DNA of 51,033 nt from Streptosporangiaceae bacterium (GTDB lineage: Bacteria; Actinomycetota; Actinomycetes; Streptosporangiales; Streptosporangiaceae), in NCBI GenBank assembly GCA_035483035.1, contig DATHQE010000268.1, forward strand, positions 1 to 51,033, in the 5' to 3' direction. Position numbers and translations under genes: made by a program. The notes beneath the pieces are model-generated. The model was not told where the DNA came from, did no database searches, and worked only from the letters and a program-made list of their open reading frames with translations. Below are positions 34,071 to 41,504 of this stretch, piece after piece (within the stretch, counting starts at the first letter, position 1; each line of letters opens with the position of its first letter).

Positions 34071-34789
34071 ACATCCACGAGCTCATCGACATCATCGGCC
34101 AGAACCGGGCCAGGTACATGTATCACATGACCGCCAACTGGAGCCCGATCGGTCAAGAGGAGCGCGGCCAGCAGTGCTACGGCGTCTGGGGGGTAGTGGG
34201 CAGCACCGCCCGGTGGCCGCAAGTCGTGAATATCTGGGAGGAGGACGGCTTCGACGGGCTGGCGCGGTCGTTCCAGCACGAGCTCGGGCACGACACTTTG
34301 CAGGATCCCAAGCTGGCGAAATGGTGGGCGCAGGCCGCGGGCTATCGGTCTGGCGGCTTCGATCGCATCCTGGTGCCGGCGCCGTGGATGCGCACCGGCG
34401 CTGAGGCCATTGCCGACGGGGTGGCCGGCGAAGTGCACGCGCATGTGCAGGTGCAGCTGCGCCCCGGTGCCGCGCCCGAGTACCTGGCCGCTGCGCACGA
34501 CGGCTCGAAGGCAATGACGTCACGGTTCGGCTGGCAGCTGACTGGCGCATGGCGCACAGCGATGGCCGGCGACGCGGAGTGCATCCTGCTGTGGACCATC
34601 CCGACCTGGCACGCCTGGGCCGAAGCCGAGAAGGCGCTGACCGCCGAGCCCGGGCTTGGCCGGCTGGGCGCCGAGCTGGACGTACTTAGCGTCCACCGGT
34701 TCCTGATGGTCGACGCGCCGCTGTCCCCATTCCGGATTCGCCGACAGCCAGCCCGTTCCGATCGCACGGACGCCTACAGCGAGGTGTGA
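34019..34789 (+). CDS. Hypothetical protein, possibly tandem NIPSNAP-like (dimeric alpha/beta barrel) domains
   Basis: GTGA overlap with the upstream stop. Two ~100-aa halves each have a pattern like VYIHELIDI...YGVWGVVGSTARWPQVVNIWEEDGF, reminiscent of NIPSNAP proteins. The functional call is weak, and the true start could be any of three repeated GTGs. Confidence 0.5.
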   Translation: MNESDAVNESDRVNEKVYIHELIDIIGQNRARYMYHMTANWSPIGQEERGQQCYGVWGVVGSTARWPQVVNIWEEDGFDGLARSFQHELGHDTLQDPKLAKWWAQAAGYRSGGFDRILVPAPWMRTGAEAIADGVAGEVHAHVQVQLRPGAAPEYLAAAHDGSKAMTSRFGWQLTGAWRTAMAGDAECILLWTIPTWHAWAEAEKALTAEPGLGRLGAELDVLSVHRFLMVDAPLSPFRIRRQPARSDRTDAYSEV

Positions 34790-34859
34790 TCAACGGGTCA
34801 TGTGATCCCGAGCGCCGGCCGGCGCCGGCACCGCCAGCGGACGCAGCCATCAGCACCCC

Positions 34860-34881
34860 GATCCCCGCCTGGGCGGGGATC
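34860..34881 (+). terminator. Terminator-like hairpin GATCCCCGCC-tg-GGCGGGGATC followed by GACCTTTGA
   Basis: 10-nt perfect inverted repeat, 70 nt after the stop at 34789 and 8 nt before operator box 9. The T tract is short. Confidence 0.55.
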
Positions 34882-34889
34882 GACCTTTG

Positions 34890-34903
34890 ATCAAGCGCTT
34901 GCT
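34890..34903. promoter_or_regulatory. KstR2-type operator box 9: ATCAAGCGCTTGCT
   Basis: Perfect core. It overlaps a TACCAT -10-like hexamer (34903-34908), 46 nt upstream of the ipdA-like start. Confidence 0.8.
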
Positions 34904-34948
34904 ACCATACGACGGGGCTCGCGGTCGTGACAGGAGATAGCAGGCGCA

Positions 34949-35842
34949 GTGGCTGACAAACGGATGTCTGAGGATGATGTCGTCGGGCGGCTACGGTCGG
35001 GCATGACGATCGGCATCGGTGGCTGGGGATCGCGCCGCAAGCCCATGTCGCTGGTCCGTGCCATGCTGCGCAGCGACCTGCGCGACCTCACCGTTGTCTC
35101 TTATGGTGGCCCGGACGTCGGAATGCTGTGCGCCGCGGGCAAGGTGCGCCGGCTCATCTACGGCTTCGTGTCGCTCGACTCGATCCCGCTCGAGCCGCAT
35201 TTCCAGGCCGCACGGCAGTCGGCGGCGATCGAGGTCACCGAGTATGACGAGGGAATGCTGCAGTGGGCCCTCTACGCGGCTGCGTGCCGGCTGCCGTTCC
35301 TTCCCACGAGGACGGGTCTTGGCTCGGACGTGATGCGGGTCAACCCGCAGCTGCGCACGGTGCGGTCACCCTACGACGACGGCGCCGAGCTGGTGGCCGT
35401 GCCGGCGCTGCCGCTTGATGCCGCGCTGGTGCACCTGAACCGGGCCGACGCGGCAGGCAATGCCCAGTTCCTGGGTGACGACCTCTACTTCGACGACCTG
35501 TTCTGCTCGGCCGCGGACCAGGCATTCATCTCCTGCGAACGGATCGTGCCGACCGCCGAGCTGGCCGCGGGCGGCCTGCACACGCTGCGGGTGCACCGGT
35601 GGATGGCCACGGGAGTGGTGGAGGCGCCGAACGGCGCGCACTTCACCTCCTGCGCGCCCGACTATCAGCGGGACGAGGCGTTTCAGCTGGAGTACGTCAC
35701 CGCGGCCAAGGACGCTCAGGCTTGGTCGCAGTTCGTCGACACTTACCTCACTGGTGGCGAAGCGAGCTACCAGGCGGCACTGGCAGCCCGCATGACAGCA
35801 GCCCGCCCAACAGCAGCCCGCGAGACCGAGTTGACGGCGTGA
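34949..35842 (+). CDS. ipdA: CoA-transferase-fold subunit A, IpdA-like (glutaconate CoA-transferase family)
   Basis: GTG start. LRSGMTIGIGGWGSRRKPMSLVRAMLRSDLRDLTVVSYGGPDVGMLCAAGKVRRLIYGFVSLDS closely matches my recollection of M. tuberculosis Rv3551. The symbol is tentative. Confidence 0.8.
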   Translation: MADKRMSEDDVVGRLRSGMTIGIGGWGSRRKPMSLVRAMLRSDLRDLTVVSYGGPDVGMLCAAGKVRRLIYGFVSLDSIPLEPHFQAARQSAAIEVTEYDEGMLQWALYAAACRLPFLPTRTGLGSDVMRVNPQLRTVRSPYDDGAELVAVPALPLDAALVHLNRADAAGNAQFLGDDLYFDDLFCSAADQAFISCERIVPTAELAAGGLHTLRVHRWMATGVVEAPNGAHFTSCAPDYQRDEAFQLEYVTAAKDAQAWSQFVDTYLTGGEASYQAALAARMTAARPTAARETELTA

Positions 35843-36633
35843 CCGGCGTCGCTGAGGTCGCAGACGATCTGACCGGCGCGACCGCATCGCGGGCCGAGGT
35901 GTGCGTCGTGGCCTGCGCCGAAGCGTGGCGCGGTGATGGCGAGATCGCCGCGAGCCCGATGGGCACGATCCCGACCGCTGCCGCGAGGCTGGCCAGGGCC
36001 ACATTCGAGCCGGATCTCCTGCTGACCGACGGCGAGGCCCGCTACGTGACGGGGACGTGGGCGCTCGGCCAGCCGGCGTCCGGCGCGGTAGAGGGCTGGA
36101 TCCCGTTCCGGTCGGTCTTTGACCTGGCGTGGGGCGGGCGGCGGCACGTCATGATGAGCCCGGCGCAGATCGACCGCTACGGCAACGCCAACATCTCGGC
36201 CATCGGCGATTTCGACCGGCCCGCCCGCCAGCTACTCGGCGTCCGCGGCGCACCCGGCAACACCGTCAACCATGCCACCAGCTACTGGGTGCCGCGGCAT
36301 CAGCCGCGCGTATTCGTACCGCGGGTCGACATGATCTCCGGGGTCGGCTACGACCGCGCCGCCACAGCGGGCCCGGACGCGAGCCGGTTCCTCGAGCTGC
36401 GCCGCGTCGTGACGAACCTGGCTGTGCTCGACTTCGGCGGTCCTGGCCACAGCATGCGGCTGGTCTCGGTGCACCCGTGGGCGATGGCGGACGAGGTCGT
36501 CGCCGCGACCGGCTTCGAGCTCGCGATCGACGGCGACGTCCCTGACACGCGCCTGCCGTCGGCGGACGAACTGCGGCTGCTTCGCGAGGTCATCGACCCG
36601 TCCGGCCTGTGCGACCGTGAGGTGCCCGCGTGA
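35839..36633 (+). CDS. ipdB: CoA-transferase-fold subunit B, IpdB-like
   Basis: ORF 35599-36633. GTG 35839 is in a GTGA overlap with the ipdA-like stop. SRAEVCVVACAEAWRGDGEIAASPMG and IDRYGNANISAIGD are typical of beta subunits. The symbol is tentative. Confidence 0.8.
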   Translation: MTGVAEVADDLTGATASRAEVCVVACAEAWRGDGEIAASPMGTIPTAAARLARATFEPDLLLTDGEARYVTGTWALGQPASGAVEGWIPFRSVFDLAWGGRRHVMMSPAQIDRYGNANISAIGDFDRPARQLLGVRGAPGNTVNHATSYWVPRHQPRVFVPRVDMISGVGYDRAATAGPDASRFLELRRVVTNLAVLDFGGPGHSMRLVSVHPWAMADEVVAATGFELAIDGDVPDTRLPSADELRLLREVIDPSGLCDREVPA

Positions 36634-37412
36634 CCGGCCCGGCACCGCGGTCGCACCCGAGCCACGGGCTCCTGGCGGGCCGCACTGTTCTCGTCACGGC
36701 GGCGGCGGGCACCGGTATCGGGTTTGCGACCGCGCGCCGCTGCGCCGAGGAAGGCGCCCGCGTCGTGATCAGCGACAAGCACCAGCGCCGCCTCGGCGAG
36801 GCCGCGGCAGAACTTGCCGGGATCACCGGCGAGCCACCGCTGGCGGTGCCCTGCGACGTGACCTCAGAGGCCGACGTCCAGCACCTGTTTCAGGCGGCGA
36901 TCGACGCATGCGGTCACCTTGACGTGGTGGTGAACAACGCGGGGCTTGGCGGCAACGCAGCGCTGGTGGAGATGACCGATGAGCAGTGGAGCGTCGTCCT
37001 CGACGTGACCCTGAACGGGACGTTCCGGTGCACCAGAGCCGCGCTGCGGCACATGATCCCGCGCGGCACCGGCGTGATCGTCAACAACGCGTCAGTGATC
37101 GGCTGGCGGGCCCAGGCGGGCCAGTGCCATTACGCAGCCGCCAAGGCCGGGGTGATGGCGCTGACGCGGTGTGCCGCGATGGAGGCCGCGCCGGCCGGTG
37201 TACGGGTCAACGCCGTCTCCCCGAGCATCGCCATGCACCCGTTCCTCGCGAAGGTCAGCAGCGAGGAACTACTGGCTGACCTGTCAGCGGCAGAGGCGTT
37301 CGGCCGGGCAGCCGAGCCGTGGGAAGTCGCCGACGTGATCGTGTTCCTCGCCAGCGACTACTCCTCCTACATGACCGGCGAGATCGTCTCGGTAAGCAGC
37401 CAACATCCGTGA
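36630..37412 (+). CDS. SDR, IpdF-like (TAAAGTGIG subgroup)
   Basis: GTGA overlap. VLVTAAAGTGIGFATARR, NNAGLGG, HYAAAKAGVMALTRC and C-terminal FLASDYSSYMTGEIVSVSSQHP resemble my recollection of Rv3559c. Confidence 0.8.
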   Translation: MTGPAPRSHPSHGLLAGRTVLVTAAAGTGIGFATARRCAEEGARVVISDKHQRRLGEAAAELAGITGEPPLAVPCDVTSEADVQHLFQAAIDACGHLDVVVNNAGLGGNAALVEMTDEQWSVVLDVTLNGTFRCTRAALRHMIPRGTGVIVNNASVIGWRAQAGQCHYAAAKAGVMALTRCAAMEAAPAGVRVNAVSPSIAMHPFLAKVSSEELLADLSAAEAFGRAAEPWEVADVIVFLASDYSSYMTGEIVSVSSQHP

Positions 37413-37419
37413 CGGAGGA

Positions 37420-37875
37420 ATGATGGCCAACCCGGCAGCCCAGGGAGCGGTAGGTGCACCGTTCATGGTCGAGATCGAGCGGGGCAAGATCCGCGAGTTC
37501 GCCGCTGCGACTCACTCTGCCAACCCCGCCTACTGGCACGATGAGAACCCTGTGGTTCCGCCCACGTTCCTGACCACCCAGATGTTCTGGGAGTCCTGGG
37601 CGGGCCCGGAGAGCAGCCCGTGGCACCTGGTCGACCTCGACCAGCAGCGTGGTGTGCATGCCGAGCAGGAATACATCTTCTATGGCCCGCCGCCGCGAGC
37701 GGGCGCCCGGCTGACGGCCCAGTCGCGGATTGGTGACGTCTACACCAAGCAGGGCCGCAGCGGGCCGCTGACCTTTGCGGTGATGATCACCGAGTACCGA
37801 GACGAGTCGGGACGGCTGGTCGCGGAGGCGAAGCTGACGGGCGTGGAGGCCGCGCCGCCGGGGGACCGGTCATGA
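37420..37875 (+). CDS. MaoC N-terminal-type hotdog subunit of a heteromeric enoyl-CoA hydratase
   Basis: GGAGGA precedes ATG 37420/37423. FMVEIERGKIREFAAATHSANPAYW parallels the N half of the fused MaoC at 20587-21477 and ChsH/HadA-type subunits. Confidence 0.8.
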   Translation: MMANPAAQGAVGAPFMVEIERGKIREFAAATHSANPAYWHDENPVVPPTFLTTQMFWESWAGPESSPWHLVDLDQQRGVHAEQEYIFYGPPPRAGARLTAQSRIGDVYTKQGRSGPLTFAVMITEYRDESGRLVAEAKLTGVEAAPPGDRS

Positions 37876-38285
37876 CCGCCACGCCTCCGCCGCCTCCGCC
37901 GCCTCCGCCGCTCGTCGTCGGGCCGCTCACCCGCACCGACTTCGTTCGCTACCAGGGCGCATCCGGAGACTTCAACCCGCTGCATCACGACGAGACGTTC
38001 GCACGCGCGGCCGGGTACGACGCGCCGCTGGCGGTGGGCATGCTCAACGCCGGGCTGCTGGCTACCTACGCGACCAACTGGCTGGGCGCCGAGGCGGTCC
38101 GCCGGTTCAAGATCCGGTTCCGCGGCAGGGTGTGGCCGGGCGACACCGTCACCTGCACCGGTGCACTTGTGCGCGAGTACGAGCAGGACGGCAGTCAGCT
38201 CGTGGACGTCGAGCTCACCTGCACGAGCCAGGCTGGTGTCGTCGCGGTCCAGGCGTGGGCTACCTTCGCGCGGGAGCCGGCGTGA
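37872..38285 (+). CDS. MaoC dehydratase hotdog subunit with N-terminal Pro9 tract
   Basis: ATGA overlap. RYQGASGDFNPLHHDETFARAAGY is the MaoC hydratase motif. The N-terminus is MTATPPPPPPPPPLVVG. Confidence 0.85.
   Translation: MTATPPPPPPPPPLVVGPLTRTDFVRYQGASGDFNPLHHDETFARAAGYDAPLAVGMLNAGLLATYATNWLGAEAVRRFKIRFRGRVWPGDTVTCTGALVREYEQDGSQLVDVELTCTSQAGVVAVQAWATFAREPA
37884..37910 (+). repeat. 9-nt tandem repeat (CCTCCGCCG)x3 encoding nine consecutive prolines
   Basis: Read directly at codons 5-13 of the MaoC gene. Confidence 0.9.
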
Positions 38286-38300
38286 TCACGAGCACGGTGC

Positions 38301-38360
38301 CAGCGCGGAACGCCCGACAGCGGAACGCCCGGCAGCTGGACGCCCGGCAGCGGGACGAGA
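38301..38360 (+). repeat. About four copies of a 15-nt tandem repeat (CAGCGGAACGCCCGG-like) filling an intergenic spacer
   Basis: The units are cagcgcggaacgcccga, cagcggaacgcccgg, cagctggacgcccgg and cagcgggacgaga, between the MaoC stop (38285) and the SDR start (38362). Confidence 0.85.
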
Positions 38361-38361
38361 A

Positions 38362-39237
38362 GTGAGCACGCCAGCCACCGGCCGTGTGGTCATCGTGACC
38401 GGCGCTGGGCAAGGCCTGGGCCGCGAGCACGCGCTCGCCTTCGGTCGCGACAGCGCTCGGGTTGTCGTGAACGACGTCAGCGCGGCGGCCGTGGACGTAG
38501 CGGGCGCCATAGTGGAGGCCGGCGGCACTGCGGTCGCGAGCGTGGGTGATTGCAGCGACTGGGACTATGCGCAGCAGCTGGTGCGTACTGCGGTCGAGGC
38601 CTATGGCGGTCTGGACATCCTGGTCAACAACGCTGGCATCAACCGCGATCGAATGCTGGTCGGGATGTCTGAGGCGGAGTGGGATACGGTTATTCGCGTT
38701 GATCTGAAGGGGCACTTCGCGCCGATGAGGCACGCCGCAGCGTACTGGCGCGAGCGCAGCAAAGCCGGCGACACGCTGCACGCGCGAATTGTCAACACCA
38801 GCTCAGGCGCCGGACTGATGGGCAGCGTCGGCCAGGGCAACTACGCGGCAGCGAAGGCTGGTATCGCCGCGCTGACGCAGGTTGCTGCTGTCGAGTTTGG
38901 CCGGTACGGGGTTACCGTCAACGCGATTGCTCCCTCGGCCCGCACGGCCATGACCGAGGCGGTGTTCGCCGAGCAGATGCGCGCGCCCGAGTCCGGATTC
39001 GACGTGATGCACCCGGCCAACGTCTCGCCGCTGGTGGTGTGGCTGGCCAGCGTCGATGCGGGGGACGTCACCGGCCGCATCTTCGAGATCGAGGGCGGTC
39101 GACTGAGCGTCGCAGACGGCTGGCAGCACGGCGAGCCGGTGGTGAAGCAAGCCCGCTGGCGATCCGGTGAGCTGGGTCCGCAGGTCCGCGCCCTGCTGGC
39201 GGCGGCTCCGCCACCGGCCCCGGTCTACGGAGCCTGA
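38362..39237 (+). CDS. SDR resembling the dehydrogenase domain of MFE-2/Hsd4A-type (R)-3-hydroxyacyl-CoA dehydrogenases
   Basis: ORF 38161-39237. GTG 38362 is the only start after the upstream stop. VTGAGQGLGREHALAF, NNAGINRDRML, NYAAAKAGIAALT and the C-terminal extension are typical of this subgroup. Confidence 0.8.
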   Translation: MSTPATGRVVIVTGAGQGLGREHALAFGRDSARVVVNDVSAAAVDVAGAIVEAGGTAVASVGDCSDWDYAQQLVRTAVEAYGGLDILVNNAGINRDRMLVGMSEAEWDTVIRVDLKGHFAPMRHAAAYWRERSKAGDTLHARIVNTSSGAGLMGSVGQGNYAAAKAGIAALTQVAAVEFGRYGVTVNAIAPSARTAMTEAVFAEQMRAPESGFDVMHPANVSPLVVWLASVDAGDVTGRIFEIEGGRLSVADGWQHGEPVVKQARWRSGELGPQVRALLAAAPPPAPVYGA

Positions 39238-39239
39238 CG

Positions 39240-40451
39240 ATGCATGCCCCGGACGAGCAGGCCCCGGCCAAGCAGGCCGCGGACAAGCAAGCCCCGGACG
39301 AGCAGGCCTTTCGGGCTGAGGTGCGCGACTGGCTTTCCGCGAACCTGTCCGGCGAGTTCGCCCCGCTGGTCGGCAGCGGCGGTCCAGGTCGGGAGCACGA
39401 GTTCATCGAGCAGCGGATGGCGTGGGAACGGCGACTGGGCGCGGATGGCTGGATCGGCATCGGCTGGCCGGTAAGCGCTGGCGGTCGCGGGCTGCCATGG
39501 AGCCATCAGGTCATCTTCTATGAGGAATACGCCCGCGCCGGGGCGCCGGCCAGAGTCGGTCACATGGGGGAGCAGTTGCTCGGCCCGACGCTGCTGATGT
39601 TCGGCACTGCCGAGCAACGCGGCAGGTTCCTGCCCGGAATCCTCGCCGGGACGCAGCTGTGGTGCCAGGGCTATTCCGAGCCTGGCGCCGGCTCCGACTT
39701 GGCTGCGGTCGCCACCAGGGCCCGGCTCGATGGCGGCGAGTGGCATGTCGACGGGCAGAAGGTGTGGACATCGCTCGCGCAGTTTGCGGACTGGTGTTTC
39801 GTGCTGGCGCGGACCGAGCCGGCGGCGCAGCGTCATCGCGGCCTGTCCTACCTGCTCGTGCCGATGCGCCAGCCCGGCATCGAGGTCCGCCCGATTGTGC
39901 AGCTGACCGGCACAGCCGAGTTCAACGAGGTGTTCTTCGACGACGCCCGAGCCGCGGCCGGAGATGTCGTCGGCGTGCCCGGTGATGGCTGGCGGGTGGC
40001 GATGGGGACGCTGGCCGTCGAGCGGGGCGTATCAACGTTCGGGCAGCAGCTGGGCTTTCAGCGCGAGTTCGACGCGGTCCTCGTGACCGCGAGGTCCACC
40101 GGCGCGCTGGAGGATCCGGACATCGCGGCGCGGATCGCCGAGGCGTGGGTCGGCCTGCAGGTCATGCGGTACACGGCACTGGCCGCGCTCGACCGGCCAG
40201 CTGCGGACGTGCCGGGCGCGGAGGTGAGCATTAACAAGCTCATCTGGGGGACCTGGCATCAGCGGCTCGGCGAGCTCGCCGTCGACGTGGCCGGAGCCGC
40301 GGCGACCGTTGTCGGCGCTGGCTATGACCTCGACAACGCGCAGCGGCTGTTCCTGTACACGAAGGCCGACACCATCTATGGCGGATCCGCCGAGATCCAG
40401 CGGAATGTGATCGCCGAGCGGCTCCTTGGCCTGCCGCGGGAGGCGCGCTGA
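39240..40451 (+). CDS. Acyl-CoA dehydrogenase (FadE-type), first of an adjacent pair, with N-terminal pentapeptide repeats
   Basis: FRAEVRDWLSANL, WCQGYSEPGAGSDLAA and YGGSAEIQRNVIAERLLGLP are ACAD hallmarks. Confidence 0.9.
   Translation: MHAPDEQAPAKQAADKQAPDEQAFRAEVRDWLSANLSGEFAPLVGSGGPGREHEFIEQRMAWERRLGADGWIGIGWPVSAGGRGLPWSHQVIFYEEYARAGAPARVGHMGEQLLGPTLLMFGTAEQRGRFLPGILAGTQLWCQGYSEPGAGSDLAAVATRARLDGGEWHVDGQKVWTSLAQFADWCFVLARTEPAAQRHRGLSYLLVPMRQPGIEVRPIVQLTGTAEFNEVFFDDARAAAGDVVGVPGDGWRVAMGTLAVERGVSTFGQQLGFQREFDAVLVTARSTGALEDPDIAARIAEAWVGLQVMRYTALAALDRPAADVPGAEVSINKLIWGTWHQRLGELAVDVAGAAATVVGAGYDLDNAQRLFLYTKADTIYGGSAEIQRNVIAERLLGLPREAR
39249..39308 (+). repeat. 15-nt tandem repeat x4 (CCGGACGAGCAGGCC-like) at codons 4-23 of the ACAD gene
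   Basis: The units are ccggacgagcaggcc, ccggccaagcaggcc, gcggacaagcaagcc and ccggacgagcaggcc, encoding PDEQA-PAKQA-ADKQA-PDEQA. Confidence 0.9.
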
Positions 40452-41500
40452 TGGAGTTCGCCGACACGCCCGAGCAGGCCCTGCTGCGCGACACGGTGCG
40501 GGCGTTCGCCGCCCGGCACGGCACGCCGGAGCAGGTCCGGGCGACGATGACCGGGCCCACGGGGTGCGACCATCACACCTGGGAACGGCTGGCGCGTGAG
40601 CTCGGTCTCACCGCCCTCGCGGTGCCCGAACGCTACGGTGGCGCAGGCGCCGGACCCGCCGAGGTCGCGATCGCAGTCGAGGAGCTAGGCCGGGTGCTGC
40701 TGCCGTCACCGTACCTGTCCACGGCGGTCGTGGCGCTCGCCCTGTCCGATCAGGCCGACCCGGCGTTCGCCGAGCGCTACCTGCCGGGTCTCGCTGACGG
40801 CTCGCTCATCGGGGCACTCGCCCTGGACGCCGACGTCGTCTCGGCCGGCGGCACGATTAGCGGCGTAGCCCGTCACGTGGTCGATGGCGGGCTCGCGGGC
40901 CTGCTGCTAGTTCGCGCTGGCGACCAGCTGATGGCCGTGTCCGCCGCGGACACCGCCATCGAGCAGCTGAACACGCTGGACCAGACGCGTCGCCAGGCGC
41001 TCGTACGCTTCGACCAGACTCCCGCACTGCTGGCTGGACCCGCGGCTCCGGTGATCGCGATGCAGCGGGTGCTGCTTGCCGCCGAGTGCGCCGCGGCGGC
41101 CCGGCACTGCCTCGAGGTGACGGTCGAGTACCTGAAGACCCGGCGCCAGTTCGGTCGGCCGATCGGCTCGTTCCAGGCACTCAAGCACCGCGCGGCGGAC
41201 CTCGCGGTGGCGGTCGAGTCTGCACACGCAACCGCGCGGGCGGCGGTCTGGACAGCGGCCACCGACCCGGCCGGGCTGGCCACGCTGGCACCGCTCGCGG
41301 CCCTGCACTGCTCGCGCACCTTTGTCCAGGTGGCCGCGGAGATGATTCAGCTGCACGGCGGGATCGGCTTCACCTGGGAACACGAAACTCACCTGTACCT
41401 CAAGCGCGCCAAGTCCACTCAGCTGCTGCTCGGACCCGTCAGCGGGTTGCGGACGGAGATCGCCGGGCAGGCAGATCTACTTCCGGGCCGACGGGGCTAA
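40451..41500 (+). CDS. Acyl-CoA dehydrogenase-fold protein, second of the pair (probable partner subunit)
   Basis: 1-nt overlap (TGATG). RRQFGRPIGSFQALKHRAADL and QLHGGIGFTWEHETHLYLKRA are typical. It is shorter than the first gene, as in heterotetrameric steroid-type ACAD pairs. Confidence 0.85.
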   Translation: MEFADTPEQALLRDTVRAFAARHGTPEQVRATMTGPTGCDHHTWERLARELGLTALAVPERYGGAGAGPAEVAIAVEELGRVLLPSPYLSTAVVALALSDQADPAFAERYLPGLADGSLIGALALDADVVSAGGTISGVARHVVDGGLAGLLLVRAGDQLMAVSAADTAIEQLNTLDQTRRQALVRFDQTPALLAGPAAPVIAMQRVLLAAECAAAARHCLEVTVEYLKTRRQFGRPIGSFQALKHRAADLAVAVESAHATARAAVWTAATDPAGLATLAPLAALHCSRTFVQVAAEMIQLHGGIGFTWEHETHLYLKRAKSTQLLLGPVSGLRTEIAGQADLLPGRRG

Positions 41501-41504
41501 TCCG

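Noticed and set aside
34812-34825. The self-complementary GC-only palindrome GCGCCGGCCGGCGC after the NIPSNAP-like gene.
   Set aside because: It is a loopless, low-complexity GC palindrome of a kind common in high-GC DNA. The nearby 34860-34881 hairpin is the better terminator candidate.
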